A stretch of 30,995 bases of DNA from Infirmifilum sp. (GTDB lineage Archaea > Thermoproteota > Thermoprotei > Thermofilales > Thermofilaceae). Below, piece by piece: positions 18,681 through 28,615 of the stretch. The DNA lies in the NCBI GenBank assembly GCA_041287245.1, contig JBEULP010000002.1, positions 1 to 30,995 of the forward strand, in the 5' to 3' direction. Below the pieces are notes generated by a model, which saw nothing but the letters and a program-made list of their open reading frames with translations, searched no databases and had not been told where the DNA came from. Each line of letters starts with the position of its first letter. The stretch's first letter is position 1. A program made the position numbers and the translations under genes.

Positions 18681-19438
18681 CTTGTGAGCCCCGACTCCAA
18701 CAGCTCTATAGCCCCAAGCACAACCCTAACCATGTTCTCCACGCCGGAGAGGTAGTCTCCAATGGTAAATGTCTCCGGCTTCTCGACAAGGTTGTTCCCC
18801 ATGCAGAGGAGAATGGCGCCAGCCCTCTTCCTCCGAATCCTGCTTACAACGTATATCCCGCTAACCTCGTTCTCGACGCACAGCACACCCCCCTCAAGCC
18901 AAGGCTCGTAGACCCTCCTCGCATGTGCAGGCATCTCTCCAATCCAGGTCCCGCGGTAGTATGCGTCGTGCGTCCAGACAACTCCCCTCTTCGCCTTAAC
19001 TCCGAGCCTACTAGCAGACCTGACAAGCGCCTCGATCACGTCGTGGTCCCCCACTGCTGGGTACTCGACCGGTAGGTACTCTCGAGTAGCCCCATCGCCT
19101 CTAACCGCCGCCTCAGCTATTACTATGTCCCCCGCATGGACCTCCGGGTCTATGCCGCCGCAGGTTCCAAGCCTGATGAAGGTCTCTGCTCCTACATTGG
19201 CAAGCTCCTCTACAGCGATTGTCGCCGCTGGACAGCCGATGCCGGTGGAGGTAACCGAAACCCTTATTCCCCTCCAGTACCCCGTGTAGGTGACGTATTC
19301 CCTGTTCTCAGCCACTTTTTCAGCGTCTTCAAGGAAGCCCGCGATGATGGGGACTCTTCCCGGGTCTCCGGGTAGAATAACGTATTTCCCGACGTCGCCA
19401 CTCCGGAGCCTAACATGGTATTGTACTTCGCCCGACAT
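18677..19438 (-). CDS. Nucleoside phosphorylase (uridine phosphorylase-like)
   Basis: QYH, LPGDPGRV, NREY, STGIGCP, IRLGTCG. Confidence 0.9.
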   Translation of the reverse strand: MSGEVQYHVRLRSGDVGKYVILPGDPGRVPIIAGFLEDAEKVAENREYVTYTGYWRGIRVSVTSTGIGCPAATIAVEELANVGAETFIRLGTCGGIDPEVHAGDIVIAEAAVRGDGATREYLPVEYPAVGDHDVIEALVRSASRLGVKAKRGVVWTHDAYYRGTWIGEMPAHARRVYEPWLEGGVLCVENEVSGIYVVSRIRRKRAGAILLCMGNNLVEKPETFTIGDYLSGVENMVRVVLGAIELLESGLTR

Positions 19439-19485
19439 TACTTAACCATCAATGTGAAAGGTTATAAAGGCAACTGTGTAAGCCC

Positions 19486-20463
19486 TCAGCTTGACAACAG
19501 CCCGACTATGAAGTCCCTAGCCTCACGGGCCCTGATGTCTACGGCGACCTGTATCTGAGGTTCACGGATATACGGGAAAGCCTCCTCGTCTGAACCGCCC
19601 GCCTCAAGCCAGCCTCTCTTATCAACAATTACCTGTCCACGCGTAGCTCCTTCTCCTAGAGAGACGAGAACAGGATACCTCTTAAACTCGAACAACCCGG
19701 GCTTTACAAGGGCTGTAAAAGCCAGAGGGTCGTGTAGACCCATCGACCCGTTGAAGACCCTTAGTGTTCTCTCAGTGACCCGAGCCGCTATCTTACCAGC
19801 TCTTGAGGGCGAAGAGTTAAGGACTTTCCACTCCTCCCAGGTGAGGAGCCCTTCGGGGTGTGTCGTCACGTCAAGACCAACAGCCCAGACCTTTTCGCCG
19901 AAGCTCTCGAAGACTACATGGGCAGCCTCCGGGTCGTTGTAGATATTAAACTCTGACACGGGGGTGGCGTTGCCGCTTGAGAAGCCCGTCATCGCGAACC
20001 AGCCGCCCATGATAACAACCTCGCCTATGCGCTTCGAGGCGTCGGGATATAGCAAGGCTAGGAGGGCTATATTCGTCAACGGCCCAATACATAGAAGGGA
20101 TATCTCCCCCTTAGACGCTGACTCCAGGGTTTCAAGAAGGAAACGGACACCTCCCCGCTTAGGCTCCCTTGAAGCCTCCGGGAGACCTGCATCGCCCAAG
20201 CCGTCCCTCCCGTGTACCCACTCGGCCGTCACAAGCTTCCTGACAAGCGGCTTTGAGGAGCCCTCATACACCCTCGCGTAGAGCTCCGGGGGCGCCCCAT
20301 ACGCGTCTAGAAGCCTGATTATGTTCCTGGCACCTCTACTCGCGGGGACGTTGCCAGCTACGGAGACCATGCCCAGGATCTCGGCATCAGAGTAGCTGAG
20401 CGCCATGAGAATCGCCAGGGCGTCGTCCACACCCGGGTCTGTGTCTATAATAATGCGCTTCAC
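19486..20463 (-). CDS. Nucleoside hydrolase (IU-NH family)
   Basis: DTDPGVDDA, HGRDGLG, GPLTN, EFNIYNDPEAA, HDPL. GTG at 20463. Confidence 0.92.
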   Translation of the reverse strand: MKRIIIDTDPGVDDALAILMALSYSDAEILGMVSVAGNVPASRGARNIIRLLDAYGAPPELYARVYEGSSKPLVRKLVTAEWVHGRDGLGDAGLPEASREPKRGGVRFLLETLESASKGEISLLCIGPLTNIALLALLYPDASKRIGEVVIMGGWFAMTGFSSGNATPVSEFNIYNDPEAAHVVFESFGEKVWAVGLDVTTHPEGLLTWEEWKVLNSSPSRAGKIAARVTERTLRVFNGSMGLHDPLAFTALVKPGLFEFKRYPVLVSLGEGATRGQVIVDKRGWLEAGGSDEEAFPYIREPQIQVAVDIRAREARDFIVGLLSS

Positions 20464-20558
20464 GCTTAGAAACGGGGGCTTCACCGCTTTAAACGTTTTT
20501 CCCAATGTGCGGACGCAGGGAAAGGGTTTTTTAAGCCGCTTTGCCTGGATAACCATGT

Positions 20559-21500
20559 ATGCAGGTCTGCGTAGTCGGCAGCACCCATATCGACTTCTTC
20601 ATCCGTGTCCCGAGGATCCCGCGCCCAGGCGAGACAATTAGAGGCAGCGGTTTCTTCATCAAGCCCGGGGGCAAGGGGGCAAACCAGGCCGTCGGCCTAG
20701 GCAGGCTAGGAGCCCAGGTTTACATGGTCGGAAGGATCGGAAAAGACTACAAGGATCTCCTCCTAAGGAACTTTAAGGAGAACAACGTCCTCGTTGACTA
20801 CGTTCAGATAGACGAGGAGGTGAACACCGGCGTAGCGTTCATACTCCTGAGTGAGGAGGGGGAGAACATGATAGTCTTCGACCCTGGCGCCGACCTCAGA
20901 ATAACCCCCTCTGACGTGGAGAGGGCGGGCGAGGTTATATCGAGATCCAAGGTTCTGCTGACGCAGCTCGAAATACCCCTAGAGGCTGTTGAAAGAGCCT
21001 TGAACATGGCGAAGAGCCACGGCGCCACGACAATTCTAAACCCAGCCCCCGCAGCCCCCCTTCCAGCCTCCCTACTCAGACAAGTCGACATCCTAACCCC
21101 GAACCGGGTGGAGGCCTCAATGCTGAGCGGCGTCGAAGTCATGGACATAAAGTCAGCCCTTCAAGCCGGTAGAACCCTCCTCGAGATGGGCGTGGGCGCT
21201 GTTGTCATGACTTTGGGCTCAGATGGAGCTCTTCTCGTCACTCGTAAGGAAGCCCTCCTGGTCCCAGCCGTAAGGGTGAGGGTGGTGGACACGACGGGCG
21301 CGGGCGACGCCTTCAACGCGGGGCTGGCATTCGGTGTGGCGAAGGGTTATACGCTGGTGGAGGCTACTCGTATCGGGAGTATAGCCGCGGCGTTGAAGGT
21401 CGGGAAGATGGGTGCCCAGGAGGGCTTGCCCTGGATCGGAGAGCTCGAAGGGGCAATATCAAAGTTTTACGAGCAGACTACGCCTCAGAGGATAAAGTAG
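20559..21500 (+). CDS. rbsK: Ribokinase
   Basis: GGKGANQA, GENMI, QLEIP, LNPAPA, DTTGAGDAF. Confidence 0.88.
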   Translation: MQVCVVGSTHIDFFIRVPRIPRPGETIRGSGFFIKPGGKGANQAVGLGRLGAQVYMVGRIGKDYKDLLLRNFKENNVLVDYVQIDEEVNTGVAFILLSEEGENMIVFDPGADLRITPSDVERAGEVISRSKVLLTQLEIPLEAVERALNMAKSHGATTILNPAPAAPLPASLLRQVDILTPNRVEASMLSGVEVMDIKSALQAGRTLLEMGVGAVVMTLGSDGALLVTRKEALLVPAVRVRVVDTTGAGDAFNAGLAFGVAKGYTLVEATRIGSIAAALKVGKMGAQEGLPWIGELEGAISKFYEQTTPQRIK

Positions 21501-21615
21501 AACAGAATGCTACTAGAAGCTGTATTAGAACATTGTTATACTTTCACTGTAGCACTCCACCCCGTGAAATGTTTTATAATAATACCTTTTGATTTTATTC
21601 AACAGTGTCATCTAC

Positions 21616-23196
21616 ATGAAGGTGGCATCTGTAGAGGATATTAGAAGGATGGACGAGCTTGCCAGCAAACAGTACGGTATTTCTCAGGAAATACTCATGG
21701 AGAATGCAGGCGCCAGCGTCGCCAGGCTCGTAGACTCCTACTTTAAAGCAAGGGGGCTCTCGGTTTCCCTCATAGCCGGCGTGGGAAACAACGGGGGGGA
21801 CGGCCTTGTCGCCGCGAGGCACCTGGCCTCCTTGGGCGCCGACGTCACCGTTTTCATAGTTGGCGACGTCGAGAAGATGACCCCCCTTGCAAGGCTTAAC
21901 CTGGAGCGTGTCGAGAAGATGGATATACCTGTAGAATACATCAGAGTTGCTGGGGAGGAGTTGTCTCTCCTTAGGGAGGAGCTATCCCTAACGGATGTTG
22001 TTCTAGACGCTCTCTTCGGGGTGGGTTTGAACAGGCCGGTGGAGGGAGTCTACCGCGAAGCCATAGAGTGCATAAACAGTTCAGGCTCTATAGTTGTGAG
22101 CGTAGACATACCCTCGGGGGTCAACGGTGACACGGGGCAAGTTATGGGCGTAGCTGTAAAAGCTGACTACACCGTGACCTTCGGCTTGCCTAAGCCTGGG
22201 CTCCTATTATACCCCGGCGCGGAGTACGCGGGGGAGGTCCACGTGGCTAGGATATCATACCCGCCCGGGCTCCTCGAGGATGAAGCTATAACAATTGAGA
22301 CCAACGACCCCCTCTTCGTTGCGCCGAGGAGGCCTGACACGCACAAGGGGGACTACGGCAAGGCTCTCTTCATAGCGGGCTCTAGGCGCTACATGGGCGC
22401 CCCCCTCTTCTCGTCCTACTCCTTCCTGCTGGCTGGGGGAGGATACTCGAGGCTCGCGACGGCCGCCTCAATAATACCTCACCTAGGATCGAGGGCGAGC
22501 GAGGTGGTGTACGAGCCGCTTGAGGAGACGTCTTCAGGAGGGATATCCTATGCGAACATTGAGAGGTTAAAAATGCTTGCCGAGTGGGCGGACATCGTGG
22601 TTATAGGCCCCGGGCTTTCCACAGACGAGGAGACGGCTAGGCTTGTACGGGACCTGGTCCCAGTCGTCGACAAGCCTCTAATAGTGGACGGCGACGGGCT
22701 GACAGCCATAGCCGGGAGACCGGACCTTTTAAAGGGGAGGAGGGCGCCTACGATACTCACACCTCACCTAGCTGAGATGTCGAGGCTTACCGGCTTGACT
22801 GTTGAGGAGATACGTGGAGACAGGGTACAGGTTTTGAGGAGGGCTTGCGCGGAGCTAAACTCTATCATCGTGTTGAAGGGGGCTCACACCCTCATTGGAA
22901 CACCCGCGGGAAGGGTCTTCGTTAACCTGTCAGGCAACCCTGGCATGGCGAAGGCTGGCTCAGGGGATGTTCTTGTCGGTACTATAGCCGCGATGCATGG
23001 GCTCGGCTTCGGAGCAGAGGAGAGCGCTAGGATGGGAGTGTTTGTCCACGGGATGGCCGGGGACTACGTCGCTGCGAGGGAGGGCGTTGACGGGGTAACT
23101 GCCTCAAAGATAATGCGCGCGCTACCCAGGGTCTTAAGTTTCCTCCGGGAGAATCCAGAGGATGTCTTGGAGCTCTACTCTCTCAGGGAAATCTAA
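21616..23196 (+). CDS. nnr: Bifunctional NAD(P)H-hydrate epimerase/dehydratase
   Basis: LMENAG, GNNGGDG, DIPSG, HKGDYG, GPGL, TPH, GSGDVL. ATG at 21616. Confidence 0.93.
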   Translation: MKVASVEDIRRMDELASKQYGISQEILMENAGASVARLVDSYFKARGLSVSLIAGVGNNGGDGLVAARHLASLGADVTVFIVGDVEKMTPLARLNLERVEKMDIPVEYIRVAGEELSLLREELSLTDVVLDALFGVGLNRPVEGVYREAIECINSSGSIVVSVDIPSGVNGDTGQVMGVAVKADYTVTFGLPKPGLLLYPGAEYAGEVHVARISYPPGLLEDEAITIETNDPLFVAPRRPDTHKGDYGKALFIAGSRRYMGAPLFSSYSFLLAGGGYSRLATAASIIPHLGSRASEVVYEPLEETSSGGISYANIERLKMLAEWADIVVIGPGLSTDEETARLVRDLVPVVDKPLIVDGDGLTAIAGRPDLLKGRRAPTILTPHLAEMSRLTGLTVEEIRGDRVQVLRRACAELNSIIVLKGAHTLIGTPAGRVFVNLSGNPGMAKAGSGDVLVGTIAAMHGLGFGAEESARMGVFVHGMAGDYVAAREGVDGVTASKIMRALPRVLSFLRENPEDVLELYSLREI

Positions 23197-23263
23197 CTTG
23201 GAGGAGCCGCTCATATATCGCCGGTTAAAAGATTTTTAAGATAGCCTTGCCTTTTAGCCCACT

Positions 23264-24568
23264 GTGAGTAGAGAGGGGCTTTCAAGCCTTGCACTGCCGA
23301 TAACCCTTGGCGTGCTAGCCGACTCTATCCAGAGTTTAATAGCACTCCTAACTGTTTCCAGGTTGTCCACAGTGGCTGTTGCCGCTACGGGCCTCGTATC
23401 GTATCTGTTCTTCATGGTTAACGCCCTAGCATCAATATTCACCGGGGGTTTGATGGTAGTCACTTCTCAGGCTGTAGGCGCTGGGGAGGAAGATGTTGCC
23501 GGCAGAGCCGCAGGTGAAGCCATGATATTATCCTTCCTCTTATCAGCCTGGATATTTTTTAGCGCCTCCCTTTGGCTGCCTCCATATCTCTCAGCCGTGT
23601 CCTCCGGGAACGCGGATGTAGTAAATGCGGCTCTCTCATACGCCCTAGCGAGGCTGCTCTCCCTCCCAGCTCTAATGAGCAACACCGTTCTATCCTCGCT
23701 ATACAGGAGCGTCGGTGAACCCTGGCCAAGTGCCTATTCCTCTCTGATAAGCGTTGCCCTCGGCTTCATTTTGATACCATGGCTGACCTTCGGTGGGCAT
23801 GGCGTAGAAGCCATGGGTCTCTACGGCACAGGGCTGGCGACATCTATAGCCAGCTACGCGGGGCTCGTGGCATATGCCGTCTGGAGGCCGCCTGTCAAGA
23901 TAACCCTCGCAATCCCAGGGGGTTTAAGCGCGAAGGTGCTTATCCTAGGAGCCCCTATGGCTTTGGAGCGCTTCGTCTCCAGCCTGGCCCAGAACATCTA
24001 CATAAACGCGGTCGCCAAAGGAGGCACAAAGGCTATCGCTGCGCATAACATCGGAATAAACGTAGAGACCCTAATCATACAGCCCGCCTTCGCGATAAGC
24101 CTAGCAGCTCTGGTGAGAGCCGGCCAGAACACGGGTGCTAGCGACGCCGAGGGCGCGAGCAGACAGCTGTGGGAGGCTGTGAGGGTCGGAGTCCTGTGGA
24201 TGGGTACAGCTTCGCTCTTCCTAATCATGATCTCGCCCTTTGTTGGAAGCCTGTTTACGAGCGATCCAGAGGTTGTACGCTTAACCCAGTACTACCTAAT
24301 CCTAGCCGCTGCGAGTGAGGTGGGGCTAGGCATTAGCAGCGCAGTATACGGCGCGGTCAGAGGCATGGGAGGCGTCTGGCTACCCTTCGCGATAAACAGC
24401 TTCACAGTTTTCTTCCTGAGGGCGCTTCCAGCCCAGATCCTAGCCCAGCGTTATAGCGCGGTCGGAGCCTGGGTTACTCAGAACACAGACATGTACGGGA
24501 GAGCACTACTAGCACTGCTAGCCTGGAAGGTTCTCGGGGCTAGAAGGCTCGCGAGAAAAATAGTCTAA
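23264..24568 (+). CDS. MATE family efflux transporter
   Basis: ~12 TM segments in two similar halves, SQAVGA / GQNTGA motifs. Confidence 0.85.
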   Translation: MSREGLSSLALPITLGVLADSIQSLIALLTVSRLSTVAVAATGLVSYLFFMVNALASIFTGGLMVVTSQAVGAGEEDVAGRAAGEAMILSFLLSAWIFFSASLWLPPYLSAVSSGNADVVNAALSYALARLLSLPALMSNTVLSSLYRSVGEPWPSAYSSLISVALGFILIPWLTFGGHGVEAMGLYGTGLATSIASYAGLVAYAVWRPPVKITLAIPGGLSAKVLILGAPMALERFVSSLAQNIYINAVAKGGTKAIAAHNIGINVETLIIQPAFAISLAALVRAGQNTGASDAEGASRQLWEAVRVGVLWMGTASLFLIMISPFVGSLFTSDPEVVRLTQYYLILAAASEVGLGISSAVYGAVRGMGGVWLPFAINSFTVFFLRALPAQILAQRYSAVGAWVTQNTDMYGRALLALLAWKVLGARRLARKIV

Positions 24569-25572
24569 ATTACCCTCGAGTATAGTCTCCAGAGCTCGTC
24601 CGTGACGGGCTCCGTTATTCTTACTTGTTTGCCGTCCCGGCGCACAAGGGTGACCCCCTCTCCTTCTTCAAGCGAGCCGATGATAGATGCTTCAACCCCA
24701 GCTTCCCTAATCTTCTCCACCACTTGGGAGGCGCTGTCCCGCCTAGCGGCGATTAAAAGTGACCCGGAGCTGATGAGCCTTAACGGGTCGATCCCGAGAG
24801 CGGCGCATATCACCCTGGTCTCCTCACGTAACGGGATCATCTCCTCGTATATTCTGGCTGAGAGGTTTGCCGCGACGGTCATTTCCTGTACTGCGCCGAG
24901 GACGCCCCCCTCCGTCGCGTCGTGCATGGCGTGCACGCCCCCAGCTTCCACGGCGGCAGTTGCCTCTCTAACCACGCTTATCTCCCGTATGAAGCCCCTG
25001 GCGTTCTTCAACACTTCCTCTGGAACCCTGCCTTGTAGAAGGCTTTTGAACTCGCCAGCTATTATAGCTGTGCCCTCTATACCTGCACCCTTGGTAAGTA
25101 TAAGGGCGTCTCCTGGCTTAGCGTTGGCCGTGAAGACGGCTTTTTCCTTATCGACCAGCCCGAAGGCTGTTGTGACAACTATGGGCCTGTCCAGCCTAGG
25201 TGTTACCTCTGTATGACCGCCTACGACAACTGCGCCTATGGCGTCTGCAGCATCTCGGATCTGCCGCGCAATACTCTCAACCACCTCGGGGCCAGCACCC
25301 TCCTGTAGCAGAATTACCGAGACAAGCCACCTCGGTCGGGCTCCACGTGTCGCCACGTCGTTCGCCGAGACGTTAACGGATAGCCAGCCGATCTCCTCGA
25401 CAGCCCCGGTGATGGGGTCCGCGTGAACCACCAGCAACTTGTCCCCCATGTCGATCAGCGCCGCGTCCTCCCCTATGCCAGGCCCGAGGAGAACAGAGCC
25501 GTTGGGGTGGTGTATTATGGAGAGGAGCCTTCTAAGCTCGTCGTAGGGGAGTTTCCCGGTGGGCAGGGGCAT
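24565..25572 (-). CDS. AIR synthase-related (PurM/HypE/ThiL fold) protein
   Basis: GEDAA, DPITGA, NDVATRGA, GGHTE, HDATEGG; lacks the HypE C-terminal PRIC motif. Confidence 0.88.
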   Translation of the reverse strand: MPLPTGKLPYDELRRLLSIIHHPNGSVLLGPGIGEDAALIDMGDKLLVVHADPITGAVEEIGWLSVNVSANDVATRGARPRWLVSVILLQEGAGPEVVESIARQIRDAADAIGAVVVGGHTEVTPRLDRPIVVTTAFGLVDKEKAVFTANAKPGDALILTKGAGIEGTAIIAGEFKSLLQGRVPEEVLKNARGFIREISVVREATAAVEAGGVHAMHDATEGGVLGAVQEMTVAANLSARIYEEMIPLREETRVICAALGIDPLRLISSGSLLIAARRDSASQVVEKIREAGVEASIIGSLEEGEGVTLVRRDGKQVRITEPVTDELWRLYSRVI

Positions 25573-25575
25573 TGG

Positions 25576-26064
25576 TTATACCCTCTTCAGAACCCTACGC
25601 GCCTCGACACCCACGCCATACGCTACTACTAGACCGGCTAGCGCCTGGACGATGTTGCCTGGGAGCTCCGCGAAAGCCCCAGCCCCGTATAAAAAGTACT
25701 CGACCGTGAAGTACCCCAGCACCATGACGGCGCCGCCGAGGGCGCAGCCCAGGAGCGCCATGGCCCTGCCTCCTCTACTCGCAAGCAGCCCCACCACGAG
25801 GCCTTCCAGACCCTTGATGACGAGGGTAAACGGGGCCCAGCCGGGGTAGCCTGAGAGTATGTCTGCGAGCGCAGAGCCTATACCCCCCGCGAGGGCTCCA
25901 GTCAGAGGGCCGAAGAGTACGCCTGAGAGCATCACCATAGTATCTCCTAGGTTGATGTAGCCATGAGTCTCCGGCACCGGGACCTGGACTATGATCGTGG
26001 CTACTGTCGTTAAAGCGGCCATTATGCTTGCGGTCGCCAGGAGTCTGGATCTTGTCGTCTTCAC
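25576..26064 (-). CDS. ECF transporter S-component (HmpT/PdxU2-like)
   Basis: GYINLGD, GGIGSALAD, WAPFTLVIKG, PGNIVQ. GTG 26064 follows GGAG. Confidence 0.88.
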   Translation of the reverse strand: MKTTRSRLLATASIMAALTTVATIIVQVPVPETHGYINLGDTMVMLSGVLFGPLTGALAGGIGSALADILSGYPGWAPFTLVIKGLEGLVVGLLASRGGRAMALLGCALGGAVMVLGYFTVEYFLYGAGAFAELPGNIVQALAGLVVAYGVGVEARRVLKRV

Positions 26065-26197
26065 AGCTCCTAAATGATTCCGTGGCTTATAAACCTCCTG
26101 TAGCTTGCGTGTACGAAAAAAATATATGTTTGTTTTAACCCCCCTCCGGGTTTCAAGCACTAGTAGATTTCTAGGCGATGCCTCCAGAGTTGAAGTA

Positions 26198-28159
26198 ATG
26201 GGCGGCTACTTCCTATACGACATTTCGGTAGGCGATGACAAGGTAAAACTGTGGTTTAAGGGTGTGGACGGGAAGATCAGGGTTGAGGAGCGCCCCTTCC
26301 AGCACTACTTCTTCGCCGAGGAGGAGCAGCTGCGGAGGCTTGGAATACGTCTCTTGGACGCGGAGGAGGTCGAGCTTAAACTCTTCCCAAGGGGAACTAG
26401 GAGGCTACTAAAGATCTACTTCGGATCCTGGGTTGAGTACAGGAGGGCACTACAAGTTCTGGAGTGGAACAGGGTCGAGGTTTACGCCGCCGACATCCCG
26501 GTGTACCACAAGGTCCTTGCGCTGTACAGGTATACTCCGATGTCGCTGGAGGGGGAGGATTACAGGGTCGAGGCCCTACCCTTGAAAACCGCGAGGTTCT
26601 CGTTGACCAGCGTCGCAGGCGGGAAATACGCGCTTCACGTACACTCGAGCGAGGACTTGTCAACCACGGGCACGCTGCCCGAGCTCCTCGAGGATCTCTC
26701 GGATATTCTCCGGCGGGACGACCCTGACCTCGTATCTTCAAACCTCGCCCCCGCGGAGCTGAGGAGGCTGGTGCGCGAGGCCGGGCACGCCGGCTTAAGG
26801 CTCGGCAGGGGGGAGCGGCCGCTGGAGGGGAGGATCTTCGTCCAGCACTCCACCCTGGAGAGGATTGGTCTAGCAGGGCTGGAGGAGCGGAGCAGGTTCA
26901 CCATGCTGCCTCCAACGCATGCCGCGAGGGCCAGCTATGGCAGGATGATAGATCTCCGTCAAAGCTATACGCTGCTGTCCAGGGGGTACCTGGTCCCCAG
27001 GAGGATGAACCTTAACGTGCCGGTGCGGACTGCTTGGGAGATACATCTGTACGACAAGGGCGGGCTTACGCTTAGGCCTGAGCCAGGGCTTTACAGGAGC
27101 GTCGCCGTGCTAGACTTCGAGTCCATGTTTCCCAACCTTATAGTGAAGCGTAACATCAGCTACGAGACGGTCAGCCGCAGAGGCGTCAGGCGCCAGCCCA
27201 GGGGGCTTCTCCCGGAGCTCATCGAGGAGACCCTTAGGCGCAGGCTGTACTTTAAGAGGCTTGCCCGGGTCTCTAGCGGTGTAGATAGGCAATGGGCTGA
27301 GGAGAGGCAGAGCGAGTTGAAGATGATCCTGGTCTCAAGCTACGGGTACAGCGGTAACAACTACAACCGGCTCGGCAACCCGCTCACCTTCGAGTGGATA
27401 AACAGGGCTTCAAGGAGGGTTATGCTGGACGTCATAGGCTATGTCAGGCGGCTAGGCTACCGTGTAATCTACGGCGATACGGATAGCGTGTTCCTGCAGA
27501 GGGACGGGGCGTCGAGGGAGGACTACGAGGCTCTCGCCTCTACACTCTCCAGGCGTACCGGGCTGCCGGTAAGGCTGGATGCGTTCTATGATTGGCTGTT
27601 CCTACCCCTCAGCAGGGGCTCTAGGGCTGGCGTGGCGAAGAGGTACATCGGGGTCACAGGCTTAGACGTCACGGCTAAGGGTGTAGAGGCTGTTAGAAGC
27701 GGGGTTCCAAGGCTGGTTAAGGAGGCGCAGCTTCGGCTGGTGAAGAGCATAGTAATAGCTTTAGCGAGCGGCGACGTGGAGAGCGTGCTTGAAGCTGAGC
27801 TTGAGGCGATACACGGCGAGCTCTACTCCGCCAGGCCCCAAGAGCTTGTATGCGGGTCGACCCTAAGGAAAGAGGAATACCTTTCCAGGACTCCTGCGTA
27901 CATCGCGGCGCAACAGCTAAGGGCGAACGGCTACACGGTGTCGGTCGGCGACTACGTCGAGTACGTTTGGGTGGACTCGGAGAGCCAGAACCCGTATCTA
28001 CGCGTGCAGGCGTGGAGGCTCTACGACGGCAGGCGGCTAGACATGGACAAGTACAGGGACATGCTGGATAGGGCTCTCCTAACGGTGCTGGAGCCCGTCA
28101 GGAAAAGCTTGGGGCACCCCGCTAGTTCACGCCCGTGGGTGGGCGTGGGAAAGGTATAA
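26198..28159 (+). CDS. Family B DNA polymerase, PolB2-like
   Basis: DKGG, LDFESMFP..NISYET, K.ILVSSYGY, YGDTDS, KG.E; short protein with no recognisable exonuclease motifs. Confidence 0.88.
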   Translation: MGGYFLYDISVGDDKVKLWFKGVDGKIRVEERPFQHYFFAEEEQLRRLGIRLLDAEEVELKLFPRGTRRLLKIYFGSWVEYRRALQVLEWNRVEVYAADIPVYHKVLALYRYTPMSLEGEDYRVEALPLKTARFSLTSVAGGKYALHVHSSEDLSTTGTLPELLEDLSDILRRDDPDLVSSNLAPAELRRLVREAGHAGLRLGRGERPLEGRIFVQHSTLERIGLAGLEERSRFTMLPPTHAARASYGRMIDLRQSYTLLSRGYLVPRRMNLNVPVRTAWEIHLYDKGGLTLRPEPGLYRSVAVLDFESMFPNLIVKRNISYETVSRRGVRRQPRGLLPELIEETLRRRLYFKRLARVSSGVDRQWAEERQSELKMILVSSYGYSGNNYNRLGNPLTFEWINRASRRVMLDVIGYVRRLGYRVIYGDTDSVFLQRDGASREDYEALASTLSRRTGLPVRLDAFYDWLFLPLSRGSRAGVAKRYIGVTGLDVTAKGVEAVRSGVPRLVKEAQLRLVKSIVIALASGDVESVLEAELEAIHGELYSARPQELVCGSTLRKEEYLSRTPAYIAAQQLRANGYTVSVGDYVEYVWVDSESQNPYLRVQAWRLYDGRRLDMDKYRDMLDRALLTVLEPVRKSLGHPASSRPWVGVGKV

Positions 28160-28222
28160 GAGCCGAGGCTATTATTTAACACGTAGGGCTTCTCACCCTT
28201 TTCATAGAGCCGGGGGGCTTGC

Positions 28223-28615
28223 ATGGACGAGCTAGCCGTTAAGGCGAGGAGGATTATCGCTGGCGATGTTCCTAGAGAGCTGGAGTCGCTGGGACTAGCC
28301 TATGCGGAGCTGAGGCGGCTTTTCCCCTCGAAGAGCGAGAGCTGGTTTTACAGGGCCTTATACCGTGCTCTCGCCGGTATTGAGGTTCTCAGGGAGAACC
28401 ACTGGCTCGTCAAGGGCTTCCGGGAGTTGGGGGATTCTAAGCCTCTGTACAACGTGTGGTTTTCAGATGGAAGGTACAGGTGTGACTGCTTCTACAACGC
28501 CTTCGGGTACGCGCGTGAAAGGGGGGTATGCACGCACATAGCCGCTGTTATGCTTTGGCGGAGGCAGAGAATGCTCGGCGAGTTCACCGGTGAGGGGGAA
28601 GAGGGTAGACGGTAG
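28223..28615 (+). CDS. SWIM zinc finger protein
   Basis: YNV...YRCDC...CTHIAAV (CxCx(n)CxH). Confidence 0.85.
   Translation: MDELAVKARRIIAGDVPRELESLGLAYAELRRLFPSKSESWFYRALYRALAGIEVLRENHWLVKGFRELGDSKPLYNVWFSDGRYRCDCFYNAFGYARERGVCTHIAAVMLWRRQRMLGEFTGEGEEGRR

Noticed and set aside
24565..25572. hypE assignment
   Set aside because: No C-terminal PR(I/V)C motif and no other hyp genes
26100..26197. Sulfolobus-type UV-responsive ANTTTC element before polB2
   Set aside because: No exact match seen (only GATTTC and GGTTTC)
28584..28615. Convergent 3' gene overlaps (also 9061-9064, 24565-24568, 29962-29965)
   Set aside because: Ordinary for compact archaeal genomes
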